A stretch of DNA of 64,000 nucleotides from Anaeramoeba ignava BMAN (taxonomy: Eukaryota > Protista > Anaeramoebae). Below are positions 27,689 to 40,436 of the stretch, piece after piece (the stretch's first letter is position 1; every line of letters begins with the position of its first letter). The position numbers and the translations under genes were made by a program. The notes beneath the pieces were generated by a model, which was not told the origin of the DNA, searched no databases, and saw only the letters and a list, made by a program, of their open reading frames with translations. The DNA lies in the NCBI GenBank assembly GCA_028826165.1, contig JAPDFW010000033.1, positions 682,001 through 746,000 of the forward strand, given 5' to 3'.

Positions 27689-29062
27689 ATGGGAATTTTT
27701 GGATCAAAAAAATCACCAGAAGAATTATTAAAAGAATATCAAAAATTACTTAGAAAATCACAAAGAGAAATTGAAAGAGAAAGAATGAAATTGCAAAGAC
27801 AAGAGAAAACAATTATAGCAGACATGAAAAAGATGGCAAAAGAAGGACAAGCTGTAAAAATTTTTTTATTAAATTTTCTATTTAAAATTTTTCTATTTAA
27901 AATTTTTCTATTTAATAAAAAGAATTCTTGCAAAATTATGGCTAAAGATCTTGTTAGAACAAGACATACTATTCAAAAATTTTATCGAATGAAAGCTCAA
28001 TTACAAGCTGTTTCTTTAAGAATTCAAACTATGAGATCATCTGCAACAATGACAAAAGCAATGAGAGGAACTGCAAGAGTATTTTTTATATTAAAATTTA
28101 AATCAAAATTAAAATTAAAATTAAAATTTAAAATCAAAATCAAAACCAAAATTAAAATTAAAATTAAAATTAAAATTAAAATTAAAATTAAAATTAAAAT
28201 TAAAATTAAAATCAAAATCAAAATTAAAAATTAAAATTAAAATCAAAACTAAAATTAAAATTAAAATTTAAAATTAAAATTAAAATTAAAATTAAAATTA
28301 AAATTAAAATTAAAATTAAAATTAAAATTAAAATTAAAATCAAAATTAAAATTAAAATTAAAATCAAAATTAAAATCAAAAATTAAAATTAAAATTGAAA
28401 ATCAAAATTAAAATCAAAATTAAAATTAAAAATTAAAAATTAAATTAAAATTTAAATCAAAATTAAAATTAAAATTTAAATCAAAATTAAAATCAAAATC
28501 AAAATTAAAATTAAAATCAAAATCAAAATTAAAATTTAAAATTAAAATTAAAATTAAAATCAAAAATTAAAAATCAAAATCAAAATTAAAATTAAAATTT
28601 AAAAAGGCAATGGCTGAAAAACAAAATGAATAGAGCTACAAAAATCCTAAATGCAAAAAGTATTAATGGAATTTGAAAAACAAAACGAATTTAAAAGCAA
28701 AAAGAAAACAATGGAAGATAACTTTAGATGAAATTTAAAATTAAAAGTGGAGAAGAATTAAAATTAAAATTAAAATTAAAATTAAAATTAAAATTTTTGA
28801 AAAATTAAAAATTAAAATTAAAATCAAAATAAAAAAAATTAAAATTAAAATTAAAATTAAAATTAAAATTAAAATTAAAATTAAAATTAAAATTAAAATT
28901 AAAATTTAAAATTAAAATTAAAATTAAAATTAAAATTCAAAATCAAAATTAAAATTAAAATTAAAATTTTAGTTGGATAATGTTCCTGTTGATCCAAAAC
29001 CAGTTGAAAACAAAACAACTGATTTAGAAAAAAGATTGGCAGATTTGAAAAACAATAATTAA
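27689..29062 (+). CDS. VPS2: ESCRT-III subunit Vps2/CHMP2, multi-exon, middle exon corrupted
   Basis: REIERERMKL..QEK..IADMKK.AK.GQ, KIMAKDLVRTR...KF..MKAQLQAVSLRIQT, and a C-terminal MIM1 (DLEKRLADLK). Confidence 0.9.
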
Positions 29063-29288
29063 ACAATTTTATCAATTAATTCCAAAATGAATATTTTTCA
29101 TTATTTTTCAAAATCAATTTTTTCTTTTCTTTTAAAACAAAATCAAACAGTTTTTTTTTTAATTCAATGACTAAAAATCAAAGTTTCATTTTTCACAAAA
29201 TTAAAATCGGAAAAAAAAAAAGGATTAAAACAAATCAAATGAAAGAAAAAAAATATTTTGTTTTTAATCAAAAAAATTAATTAATTAA

Positions 29289-30698
29289 TTAATTAATATT
29301 CATTTCATCATTATCATCAAAAATTTCAGAATTTGAATTAAAAGAAGTTGAAGAATTAGTTAATCTAGATAATTCAATTGAATTTGGATTAAGTTGATAA
29401 AAAGAAAAAGCATCAATAATTTCAATAATAGAATCAAAAGAATTAAAAGAATTAAAAGAATCAGTATAAAGAAATTTGATAACATCATGCAAAGTTTGTG
29501 GAGAAAAATCTGAATAATCATGAACAGAATCAGAAGATTTTTCAACAGTTAAAAACATTCCACGAAACATTCCACTTCTTGCTAAGAGAATAGATTTATG
29601 AACAGAAATTTGATTAAAATTTGAATTATTTGAATTATTTGAATCATTTGAATTATTTGAATCATCCTTCAAAATAAAAAAATCTTTCGAGTTTTCATCA
29701 TAAAATAATCTTGTAAAATCTAAAACTAAATCATGCTTTGAATTCTTATAAAATAAATTCGAAACTCCAAGTTGATTCAAAATCAAACTTACAAAATCAG
29801 GATCTTCAATTAATCCAGTATAAATAAACTTTTTCACAATTTTTAAATCTTCAGTTAATTGAGTAGAAAAAATTCGAATAAGAGTTTGAAGTGAAACATC
29901 AGGCATTCTTGCCATTAAAACTTGTTTATGAAATCCAATTTCTCCATCAATTGTTTTGAGAAAAAGATCACATAATTCATTTCTTTTATATAATTTCAAC
30001 ATATCATCTCTAAAGGCCGTATCATCATTGATTCCAAGAAAGATCAAATGTGCAAGAAAAAAAAAGGAGAATTCATCGAAATAATCAAAATCTTTAACTG
30101 AAAAATTTAAGACAAATCCAAATAAATTATTCATCACATTAACCAAAACATCAATGTTGAGATTTTTGGATTTTCGAGAAAAAGCAGAAAGTGGAACAAG
30201 ATCAGGCCGATAAGAATGAAGGAGAAGGCAATAAACATATCCATCACCGAAAGAACGTTTATTAAAACTTGTTATGGAAACGTTAGAAGCATGTCTTTGA
30301 CACCAATTCAATAAAGCTTGAGAATGTGGAACTTTTTTTGGATCGGGAGATACAGTCATCCAATGCTCCATCATTTGTCTCAATAAAATGGAAATTGTGT
30401 GATAATTTCCGCTTGCAATTTTTATTCGAGTACTACTATCTTGAAGTGGTATCCCCTCTTTTCGTAATTCTTTAATGCAAATGCTGACATTGTTTGATCT
30501 TTGAACAAATTGATCAGGATTTTCATAAATTTTGGATCGATCATGTGATTTTTCACTTAGAAAATCTATTAAATCCATTAGAAATTCTCCACTTCTTATT
30601 CCTTGATAAATTTTTGATAAATTATCTTGAATTCCATGTTTTTGGAAAATGTATCTAACCCAATTAAGTGAAATTTGTAAAGGAATATTTTTTTCCAT
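29289..30698 (-). CDS. Tandem calponin-homology (actinin-type) domains fused to BTB/POZ domains
   Basis: LLNWCQ...F..SFGDG..YC.LLHSYRPDLV (CH2), preceded by a CH1-like region. BTB motifs HKQVLMAR and VHKSILLARSGMFRGMF...FLYTD. Confidence 0.8.
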   Translation of the reverse strand: MEKNIPLQISLNWVRYIFQKHGIQDNLSKIYQGIRSGEFLMDLIDFLSEKSHDRSKIYENPDQFVQRSNNVSICIKELRKEGIPLQDSSTRIKIASGNYHTISILLRQMMEHWMTVSPDPKKVPHSQALLNWCQRHASNVSITSFNKRSFGDGYVYCLLLHSYRPDLVPLSAFSRKSKNLNIDVLVNVMNNLFGFVLNFSVKDFDYFDEFSFFFLAHLIFLGINDDTAFRDDMLKLYKRNELCDLFLKTIDGEIGFHKQVLMARMPDVSLQTLIRIFSTQLTEDLKIVKKFIYTGLIEDPDFVSLILNQLGVSNLFYKNSKHDLVLDFTRLFYDENSKDFFILKDDSNNSNDSNNSNNSNFNQISVHKSILLARSGMFRGMFLTVEKSSDSVHDYSDFSPQTLHDVIKFLYTDSFNSFNSFDSIIEIIDAFSFYQLNPNSIELSRLTNSSTSFNSNSEIFDDNDEMNIN

Positions 30699-31040
30699 TT
30701 TGTTTTTGTTTTTTAAATAAAAAATTAATAAAAAAAAATTGATAAAAAAAAAGAATGAAATGAAATGGAAAGGAAATTTTATTTCTTTTTATATTCCCAA
30801 AAAGAAATAAAAAAGCAAAAAAAAATGGAATAAAAACTCATAAATGATTAAAAAATGACTAATTTATTAAAAAATTAAGAAAAACAACTTTTTATTTTTA
30901 ATTAAAAAAATTTAGATCAATTAAAAAAAAAAATTAAAAATAACTTTTTCTTGTATTTCCAAAATTAAATTATTATTGATTTCCTTTACAAAAAAAATTT
31001 CCCAAATCTTACTGATCAAAATTGTTTTGGATTAACAAAT

Positions 31041-31977
31041 TTTCTTAATAAAAATTATTATTTAATAAAAATAAATAAAATAGAATATATTTAATTTATT
31101 ATTTAATTATAAATTATATTTAAAATGATATTTAAAATTAAATTATATGTTTAATATAATATTTTACTTTTTTATATTTTAAAATTTTCTTAATAAAAAT
31201 TATTATTTAATAAAAATAAATAAAATAGAATAGATTTAATTTATTATTTAATTATAAATTATATTTAAAATGATATTTAAAATTAAATTATATGTTTAAG
31301 ATAATAATTTACTTTTTTATATTTAAAAATTTTCTTATTAAAATTATTATTTAATAAAAATCAATAAAATAGAATATATTTAATTTATTATTTAATTATA
31401 AATTATAATTAAAATGATATTTAAAATTAAATTATATGTTTAAGATAATAATTTACTTTTTAGATTTAAAAATTTTCTTATAAAAATTATTATTTAATAA
31501 AAATAAATAAAATAGAATAGATTTAATTTATTATTTAATTATAAATTATAATTAAAATGATATTTAAAATTAAATTATATGTTTAATATAATATTTTACT
31601 TTTTAGATTTAAATATTTTCTTATTAAAAATTATTATTTAATAAAAATAAATAAAATAGAATATATTTAATTTATTATTTAATTATAAATTATATTTAAA
31701 ATGATATTTAAAATTAAATTATATGTTTAAGATAATAATTTACTTTTTTATATTTAAATATTTTCTTATTTAAAATATTATTTAATAAAAATAAATAGAA
31801 TAGAATAGATTTAATTTATTATTTAATTATAAATTATATTTAAAATGATATTTAAAATTAAATTATATGTTTAATATAATATTTTACTTTTTTATATTTA
31901 AAAATTTTCTTATTAAAAATGTGATTTAATAAAAATAAATAGAATAGAATATATTTAATTTATTATTTAATTATAAA
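31041..31977. repeat. Tandem array with 143-145 bp unit, ~6.5 copies
   Basis: Anchor TAGAATA recurs at 31081, 31226, 31370, 31513, 31657, 31801, 31945. Confidence 0.95.
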
Positions 31978-32105
31978 ATAACTTAAATTTTTCTAAGGAA
32001 TAAAATAATATTGGAGATTTGAAAAAAAATTTATCAAAAATCGGAAAAAATTCATTTTCATTTTTTTCATTTTTTTCATTTCATTTTTAAATTTAAATAA
32101 AAAAA

Positions 32106-33431
32106 ATGACAGATAATGATCGATTATATAAAAAAATAATACATGAAGTAGAACGAGCCGAATATGAAGGAGAAGAACCTGAGCCCAGAAGAACAAGCGG
32201 ACCACGACTTCGACAAGTAGGAAATACAGGACCAAAATCAGTTATAGCTGATTATCATGAATCACAATCTCAAATAAATGAACTAAAAACAACAATCAAA
32301 AGAAATTGAAAAAAAAGCAAAAAATTTGGTTCTTTCAAATGTTCCTAAAAGTGATGATGAATTGGAAGATGAAGATTTGAATAAAATTCTCCAAGAATTG
32401 GAACAAGATGGTTTTCTTGATGATTATCAACAAAAAAGAATGAATGAAATGAATTTCCATAATTTTAAAACTTTTGGAGTTTTAGGAAATGTGATTATAA
32501 AAACATTTATTCAAAAATATTTAAAAATATTTAAATAAAAATATTTAAAACTATTCAAATAAAAATATTAAATAATATTTAAAACTGTTTAAATAAAAAT
32601 ATTCAAAAATATTTAAAAATATTTAAAAATATTATCCAAAAATATTCAAATAAAAATATTCAAATAAATATTTAAATAAATATTTAAATAAAAATATTAT
32701 CCAAAAATAAAATATTAATAATATTAAAAAATATTAAAATAAAAATATTCAAAAATATTCAAAAATATTTAAAAATATTATCCAAAAATAAAATATTAAT
32801 TAAAAAAAATATTAAAATAAAAATATTCAAAAATATTCAAAAATATTAAATAAATATTTAAAAATATTATTTAAAAATATTAATAATATTTAAATAAAAA
32901 TATCCAAATAAATATTTAAATATTTAAATAAAAATATCCAAATAAAAATATTTAAATATTTAAATAAAAATATCCAAATAAAAATATTTAAATAAATATT
33001 TAAATAAAAATATTTAAATAAATATTTAAACAAAAATATTATTTAAAAATATTAAAAAATATTAAAAAATATTATCCAAAAATATTAAAAAATATTTAAA
33101 GGTAAGCTCAAAAACTTTCCTTAAAGCAATCGAAGAAGAAAACCCAGATGTTTTGATAATTTTACATTTATATTCAAATCGTTTGAAAATTTGTCAAGAA
33201 ATTAATCAAATGATGACTGAATTAGCTACAAAATTTCCGAGAATTAAATTTCTTAAAGGTGTTGCAAATGAATTAAGTCAAGGATTTGATGATTTGGCTC
33301 TTCCTTCTTTGGTAATTTATAAAGGAGGAAAACTTATTGATTCTTTGATTAGATTTACTGATAAACTTCCTTCAAATTTTGATATTGATCATTTCGAACA
33401 TTTTCTTAAAAAACAAAATTTTCTTTTTTGA
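32106..33431 (+). CDS. Phosducin-like protein (PhLP1 type), 2 exons, frameshift near 32300
   Basis: NTGPKSVIADY (phosducin TGPKGV motif), FLDDYQQKRM.EM, and a thioredoxin-like C-terminus (LHLY..., LATKFPRIKF, ALPSLVIYKGG). Confidence 0.85.
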
Positions 33432-33481
33432 ATTCAACAAAAATAAAAAAGAAATAAAACAAAAATTTATTTTTAATCTTA

Positions 33482-34002
33482 TTCAATTTGATTCTATTTT
33501 ATATATTTTATTAATATTTATTTATTTAAAATAATATAAAATTATTCTCAATAATTTAATAAATTTGATCAAATAATTTAATTAATTTATTTCAAAAATG
33601 GAATAAAGAATGTTAAATACTTAAATTTCAATTTGATTCTATTTTATATATTTTATTAATATTTATTTATTTAAAATAATATAAAATCATTCCCAATAAT
33701 TTAATAAATTTAATCAAATAATTTAATTAATTTATTTCAAAAATGGAATAAAGAATGTTAAATACTTAAATTTCAATTTGATTCTATTTTATATATTTTA
33801 TCAATATTTATTTATTTAAAATAATATAAAATTATTCCCAATAATTTAATAAATTTGATCAAATAATTTAATTAATTTATTTCAAAAATGGAATAAAGAA
33901 TGTTAAATACTTAAATTTCAATTTGATTCTATTTTATATATTTTATTAATATTTATTTATTTAAAATAATATAAAATTATTCCCAATATTTTAATAAATT
34001 TG
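33482..34002. repeat. Tandem array with 145 bp unit, ~3.6 copies
   Basis: TTCAATTTGATTCTATTTT recurs at 33482, 33627, 33772, 33917. Confidence 0.95.
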
Positions 34003-34344
34003 AAAAAAAAATTGAAATATTTTAATAAAAATAAATATTTAATTTTAATAATTTTTAATAGTGATTTAATTTAAATTTATTTTTATTTTAGTCAATAATA
34101 ACACAATTTAAATTTAATCATTATTAATTTTTATTCTCAATTTTTATTTTTGTTGATCATCTTCAAAAAACAATTTATAATTTTTTTTGTTTAAATTTTA
34201 ATAATTTAAAATTAATTTTAAATGATTTTAATATTTGATTTGTTTTCTTATTTATTAATTCGAAGAATTTAATTTGATTGAAAGTAAATGAAAATCAATT
34301 TGAATTTTGAAAAAAGAATCAAAATAAATTTTTTTAAATGAAAA

Positions 34345-35861
34345 TTAAATGAAAAAAGTTTCAACTTCATCAACTTTCCATTTATCATTAGAACCAGCTA
34401 AATAAATTTTAGCTTCATTTGTTCCATAAGTAATTCCATTAGGAAGATTATAACTTCTACCAAAATTTGAATAGCCAGGTTGTAAATTAGAAGTTAAAAC
34501 AAAATCAGCTCCTTCACCAAAAACTGGACCAACATCTAAATTAGAATAAATTGCATCACCTTGTTTAATTAGAAATTTCTCTGGTTTTCTATCATTTTTA
34601 TCATTTCTTAATGAAAAAATAAATGCATTTGAATCATTAATCCATTCTCCACTTGAATATTTAAATCCAACTTGAGTAAATCCTCCAAAAATAAAATTAT
34701 CTTTTGTTTTGATAATAACTAATGTTTTTCCTTTCCCATCAACTGCTTTATGCCAATTTTGGAATCAAATCCATCTTTTTTTGCTGAAAATCCTTTTTTC
34801 ATTTTAGAAAAAAAATCATTATCATTTATCCATTCTTTTAATTTTTTAGCATATTCAATATCTTTCACAATTTCTGAATCTGAAAAAATCTTTTGTAATT
34901 CCATTAATTCAAATTTGGATTTCAGTTCCTCGTTCTCTTTCTTCCATTTCTCTTCAATTTCTTTGTTTTTATCCTCAATTTCTTTGTTTTTATTTTCAAT
35001 TTCTTTTTGATTATCTTGAATAACTTTGTTTTGAATATCAACTAAAAAAGATTTAGGAAGAAAAATTTGAAATTGTTTTAATTTATCAAAATCTTGTTTT
35101 GAAATTGAATCTTTATCAAATAATGAAAAAAAAGAATGAAATAATCTTTTCTTTTCAATTTCTTTTTCATTTTCTTTCTTCCCTTTTAATCTTTGATTTC
35201 TTTTTTTAATCCAATTATTTAAAAATTGAAAAAAATCAAATTGAAAAATTTCTTTTTTTTCTTGTTTAAATTGAATAAATTTGATAATTTCTTCTTTAGT
35301 TAAATTGAATAAATTTTCATTATTTTGAATTTGGGAAAAATTTTGATTTATTAATTCAAAACATTTTATTTCAATTTCATTTGAATTTAAATTTCGATTT
35401 TGGAAAAAAAATTGGAAAAAATTTGAATAATTAATTGAATTTGAAATTTTTTTTTGAATAAATTCTTTCAATAAATTTAATTTAAAATAAATTGAAATTT
35501 CCAATAATTGAATAAGATTTTCTTGATTCTCAAAAGAAATATTTCCATAATAAATATAACTCAAAATTGATTCCATTTCTTTTTTATTAAATTGATTTAA
35601 AGAAATAGAAAGAGATTCTTCTCTTAAAAACTTATTAAAAAAAGGAGATCTTGAAGATAAAATTGATTTATGAACTTTAATTTCAAAAGGATTTGATTTA
35701 TTCTCAACAAAAATTGAAAAATCTTTAAATGAATTTCCATTTAAAAGGTTTGAATAATTTTTAATTAAATTTTTTGTTACTTTTTTTTCTAAATTTTTCT
35801 TTTCATTTTGATTTTGATTTTGATTTGCATTTTGAATTTGGTTATTATTATTATTATCCAT
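34345..35861 (-). CDS. BTB + coiled coil + TLDc domain protein, frameshift near 34750
   Basis: VHKSILSSRSPFF (BTB). FSAKKDGFDSK continues in another frame as GKTLVIIKTKDNFIFGGFT...AFIFSLRN...YLAGS.DKWKVDEVETFFI (TLDc). Confidence 0.88.
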
Positions 35862-36270
35862 TTTGTGTTTTTGTGTTTTTGTGTTTGTTTTTGTTTTTAA
35901 AAAAAAAGGAAAAAAATGAAAAAAAAAATTTAAAAAAAAAAATAAATAAAAAAAGTGGATTTTGAAAATAAATAAAAATATAAAAAATAAGAATAAATTT
36001 AAATTAATAATTAATTTAATTTTCTTTTTAATTTATTATTTTAAATTAATTTATTAATAAATTATTATTATTTTTTATTAATTTTTTTTATTAAAAAAAA
36101 AGGAAAATTATTTTAATTTAATTTTTAATTTAATTTTTTTTTTTGGAATTTAAAAATTATTAATAAATTTAAATTTTAAAACAAATTTCCAAATTAATAT
36201 TAATTCAATTTAATTCAAAAAAAAAGATAAAATTTTAATTTCAAAAAAATCAATTTTCAAAATATTTTTA

Positions 36271-36540
36271 AATAATAAAATATTTAAATCTAAAACAATA
36301 AATTATTATTTTAATAATAAAATTAAATATTAAATTATATTTTTAAATTAATTTATTAATTAAATATTAAATTAAACTTAATCTTATTTTTTATATTTAT
36401 ATGTTTAATATTTAAATAATAAAATATTTAAATCTAAAACAATAAATTATTATTTCAAACATAAAATTAAATATTAAATTATATTTTTAAATTAATTTAT
36501 AAATTAAATATTAAATTAAATCTATTCTTATTTTTTATAT
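36271..36540. repeat. Two-copy tandem repeat with 144 bp period
   Basis: AATAATAAAATATTTAAATCTAAAACAATAAATTATTAT at 36271 and 36415. Confidence 0.85.
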
Positions 36541-38318
36541 TAATTTTGATTATTAAATTTGTTAATTAATAAATCAAATAAATTTGGATATGTTTGATTT
36601 AATTGAAAATAATCAATTCCAATTTGAATTTCATTAATGATTTCTTGTGTAATTTTAATTTCATCTTTAATTTGATTTGAATAAATCCAATATTCAAATA
36701 TTTGAAATGATTTATTACTTAATTCACTATAATCTGTAACTTTATTAGATTTATCATTAGTTACAGATAAAAACATTCCTCGATATAATTCACTTCTCAT
36801 TATTAATATTAATTTGGGAAATTTATATTGTTTTTCTTTTCTTTCAATTATAAAATCTTTTTCATTTTCATTTTCATTTTCATTTAAATAAATTCTTTTC
36901 ATTGTTTCTTCTATTTTTTCATTTAAATTTATAATTTCTTTGATTTCAAAATATAATTTTGGATTTATTTTGGAATTGTTTGAATAAATCATTTCAAATA
37001 TTTGATTTGATTCTTTAATTGATTTTTTTGAAATAATTTCTTGAAGTTTTTCAATTTCATTTTGATTTTGATTTAATCTATATTTCAATATTAATTTATG
37101 AGCTTCAATTATTTCTCCATTTTCGGTTTTAAATGAAATATCACAAAATTCTTTTCTTTGGAATAATTTTATCAAATCTTCTTCAAGATTGGAAAAAGAA
37201 GGAGGAAAATAATAAAGAAATGTTTTATTATATCCACAAGAAATATGATAATTAGAAATTTCTTCATTAAATCTTAATTTAGGAAGTTCAATTTGAATTG
37301 GAATTAATTGATTATTTGTATTTCCAGTTCCTAATTGACCATATGAATTATATCCAAATCCAATTAATTTCTGCTTGGATGTTAAAATCAAAGTATGATT
37401 ATGCCCAACAGAAAAATCAAGAATATCATCATCATTTCCAAATAAAGATGATTTGATTTCAGTAAATTCATAAGTATTTTCATTTTTGCCAAGTCCATTA
37501 TATTGGTACTTTCCACATGAATAAAGTTTTCTTTTTGGATTTTCATCTTCATTTTCATTTTCATTTTCAATCATCATTATTGAATGAATAAATCCACATT
37601 GAATATCAATTATTTTGCCTTTTGGAATATTTTGAATTTTGGTTAATTTTTGGATTTTTGATTCTTTTCTTGATTCTTCTAATCCAATTTGTCCGTATTC
37701 GTTATTTCCGCATCCAAATAATTCTTGATTTGAATTTAAAAGAAAAACATGATTTGAACAATTTCCTGAAAATATTTTAGAAACATTTTTCATCATTAAA
37801 ATTGGTTTTTCTGTTTCTTCAAGTGTTTCAGAATCAAAACCAAGTTGACCATCTTCATTTGAACCAATTCCATAAACATTTTGATTTGAAGTTAATAAGT
37901 AAATTGAATTGTATCCAGAAACAATATCTTCAATTATTCTATCATTTGTATCTTCAATTAATGATGAAATATTGATAAATTCTTTTGGATTATTTGGATT
38001 AATATATTCTCCTTTGGCAAATACATTTCCTTCTTTTGTTAAAATAGCTCCATTTTCATGACCAACAGTTACTTTTTGGATATTTTCAATTTGGATTCTT
38101 TTTGGATTTTTACTTGAATATTCTATTGCTTTTCCATTTTTAAAAAGGAAAATTGTTGAAAAAAAACTTGTTGAAATTTGTTTAATTTGTTTTTCATTTT
38201 CGTTTTCATTTTCATTTTCATTTTCAAATTTAAATTGAATTGGTTTTGTTATTTTATTTGGTTTATTTTCGATAAGTTTTGGAAAATTATTCTCACCAAA
38301 AAATATAATTTCATTCAT
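36540..38318 (-). CDS. RCC1-repeat + BTB protein, tandem copy 1
   Basis: G.N..GQLG repeats, then EFCDISF..EAHKLIL and FPKLILIMRSELYRGMF (two BTB-like domains). Confidence 0.9.
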   Translation of the reverse strand: MNEIIFFGENNFPKLIENKPNKITKPIQFKFENENENENENEKQIKQISTSFFSTIFLFKNGKAIEYSSKNPKRIQIENIQKVTVGHENGAILTKEGNVFAKGEYINPNNPKEFINISSLIEDTNDRIIEDIVSGYNSIYLLTSNQNVYGIGSNEDGQLGFDSETLEETEKPILMMKNVSKIFSGNCSNHVFLLNSNQELFGCGNNEYGQIGLEESRKESKIQKLTKIQNIPKGKIIDIQCGFIHSIMMIENENENEDENPKRKLYSCGKYQYNGLGKNENTYEFTEIKSSLFGNDDDILDFSVGHNHTLILTSKQKLIGFGYNSYGQLGTGNTNNQLIPIQIELPKLRFNEEISNYHISCGYNKTFLYYFPPSFSNLEEDLIKLFQRKEFCDISFKTENGEIIEAHKLILKYRLNQNQNEIEKLQEIISKKSIKESNQIFEMIYSNNSKINPKLYFEIKEIINLNEKIEETMKRIYLNENENENEKDFIIERKEKQYKFPKLILIMRSELYRGMFLSVTNDKSNKVTDYSELSNKSFQIFEYWIYSNQIKDEIKITQEIINEIQIGIDYFQLNQTYPNLFDLLINKFNNQN

Positions 38319-38508
38319 TTTTGAAAAGAAAAAAAATGAAAAAAATGATTTTAATTTTAATTTTGAATTTTAATTTTGATTTTGATTTTAATTTTGATTT
38401 TAATTTTAATTTGGATTTTAATTTTAATTTTGATTTGAATTTTAATTTTGATTTTAATTTTGATTTTAATATTTAATTTTGATTTTAATTTTAATTTTAA
38501 TTTTAATT

Positions 38509-40260
38509 TTAATTTTGATTATTAAATTTTTTAATTAATAAATCAAATAAATTTGGATTTGTTTGATTTAATTGAAAATAATCAATTCCAATTTGAATTT
38601 CATTAATTATTTCTTGTGTAATTTGAATTTCATCTTTAATTTGATTTGAATAAATCCAATATTCAAATATTTGAAATGATTTATTACTTAATTCACTATA
38701 ATCTGTAACTTTATTAGAAGTATCATTTGTTACAGATAAAAACATTCCTCGATATAATTCACTTCTCATTATTAATATTAATTTAGGGAATTTATATTGT
38801 TTTTCTTTTCTTTCAATTATAAAATCTTTTTCATTTTCATTTAAATAAATTCTTTTCATTGTTTCTTCAATTTTTTCATTAGAATTTATAATTTCTTTAA
38901 TTTCAAAATATAATTTTGAATTTGTTATTCTGTTTGAATAAATCATTTCAAATATTTGATTTGATTCTTTAATTGATTTTTTTGAAATAATTTCTTGAAG
39001 TTTTTCAATTTCATTTTGATTTTGATTTAATCTATATTTCAATATTAATTTATGAGCTTCAATTATTTCTCCATTTTTGGTTTTAAATGAAATATTACAA
39101 AATTCTTTTCTTCTAAATAATTTTATCAAATCTTCTTCAATATTGGAAAAAGAAGGAGGAAAATAATAAAGAAATGATTTATTATATCCACAAAGAACAT
39201 GATAATTAGAAATATCTTCATTAAATCTTAATTTAGGAAGTTCAATTTGAATTGGAATTGGTTTCGTTTTTGTATCTCCATTTCCTAATTCACCAGAAAA
39301 ATTATCTCCAAATCCAATTAATTTCCCTTTGGAAGTTAAAACCAAATTATGAAAGAACCCACAAGAAATTTCAAGAATATTATCATCATTTTCAAATAAA
39401 GATGATTTGATTTCAGTAAATTCATAAGTATCTTCATTTTTGCCAAGTCCATTAAGAAAATATCTTCCACATGAATAAAGTTTTCTTTTTGGATTTTCAT
39501 TTTCATTTTCATTTTCATTTTCAATCATCATTATTGAATGAGCAAGTCCACATTTAATATCAATTATTTTACCTTTTGGAATATTTTGAATTTTGGTTAA
39601 TTTTTGGATTTTTGATTCTTTTCTTGGTTCTCCTAATCCAATTTGACTATATTGATTCCATCCGCATCCAAATAATTCTTGATTTGAATTTAAAAGAAAA
39701 ACATGATTTGAAGAATTTCCTGAAAATATTTTAGAAACATTTTTCATCATTAAAATTGGTTTTTCTGTTTCTTTAAATGTTTCAGAATCAAAACCAAGTT
39801 GGCCGTAATGATTTGAACCAATTCCATAAGCATTTTGATTTGAAGTTAATAAGTAAACTGAATTGTATCCAGAAACAATATCTTCAATTATTCTATCATT
39901 TTTATCTTCAATTAATGATGAAATATTGATAAATTGATTTGGATTAATATCTTTTCCTTTTGCAAATACATTTCCTTCTATTGTTAAAATAGCTTCGTTT
40001 TCATAACCAACAGTTACTTTTTGAATATTTTCAATTTCAATTCTTTTTGGATTTGAATTTTTTAAATACTCTATTGCTTTTCCATTTTTAAAAAGGAAAG
40101 TTGTTGAAAAATAACTTGATGAAATTTGTTTAATTTGTTTTTCATTTTCATTTTCATTTTCATTTTCAAATTTAAATTGAATTGGTTTTGTTATTTGATA
40201 TGGTTCATTTTCGATAAGTTTTGGATATTGATTTGAACCAAAAAATAAAATTTCATTCAT
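38509..40260 (-). CDS. RCC1-repeat + BTB protein, tandem copy 2
   Basis: Close paralog of copy 1. Confidence 0.9.
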   Translation of the reverse strand: MNEILFFGSNQYPKLIENEPYQITKPIQFKFENENENENEKQIKQISSSYFSTTFLFKNGKAIEYLKNSNPKRIEIENIQKVTVGYENEAILTIEGNVFAKGKDINPNQFINISSLIEDKNDRIIEDIVSGYNSVYLLTSNQNAYGIGSNHYGQLGFDSETFKETEKPILMMKNVSKIFSGNSSNHVFLLNSNQELFGCGWNQYSQIGLGEPRKESKIQKLTKIQNIPKGKIIDIKCGLAHSIMMIENENENENENPKRKLYSCGRYFLNGLGKNEDTYEFTEIKSSLFENDDNILEISCGFFHNLVLTSKGKLIGFGDNFSGELGNGDTKTKPIPIQIELPKLRFNEDISNYHVLCGYNKSFLYYFPPSFSNIEEDLIKLFRRKEFCNISFKTKNGEIIEAHKLILKYRLNQNQNEIEKLQEIISKKSIKESNQIFEMIYSNRITNSKLYFEIKEIINSNEKIEETMKRIYLNENEKDFIIERKEKQYKFPKLILIMRSELYRGMFLSVTNDTSNKVTDYSELSNKSFQIFEYWIYSNQIKDEIQITQEIINEIQIGIDYFQLNQTNPNLFDLLIKKFNNQN

Positions 40261-40436
40261 TTTCTTTATTTAATTTTTTATTTTTTAATTTTTGAAATGA
40301 AAAAAAATGAAAAAAAAAATTTTGGAATTTTGATTTTGATTTGAATTTTTAATTTTAATTTTAATTTTAATTTTAATTAATTTTAATTTTAATTTTAATT
40401 TTAATTTTAATTTTGATTTGAATTTTAATTTTAATT

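Noticed and set aside
28607-28800. Multiple indels in the VPS2 middle exon as a pseudogene or RNA editing
   Set aside because: The exon sits between AAAATT arrays and grades into them, while the flanking exons are intact. A consensus or polishing artefact is more likely. Raw reads are needed.
31041-34002. Regular arrays as a CRISPR locus
   Set aside because: Whole units repeat with no unique spacers, there are no cas genes, and the context is eukaryotic.
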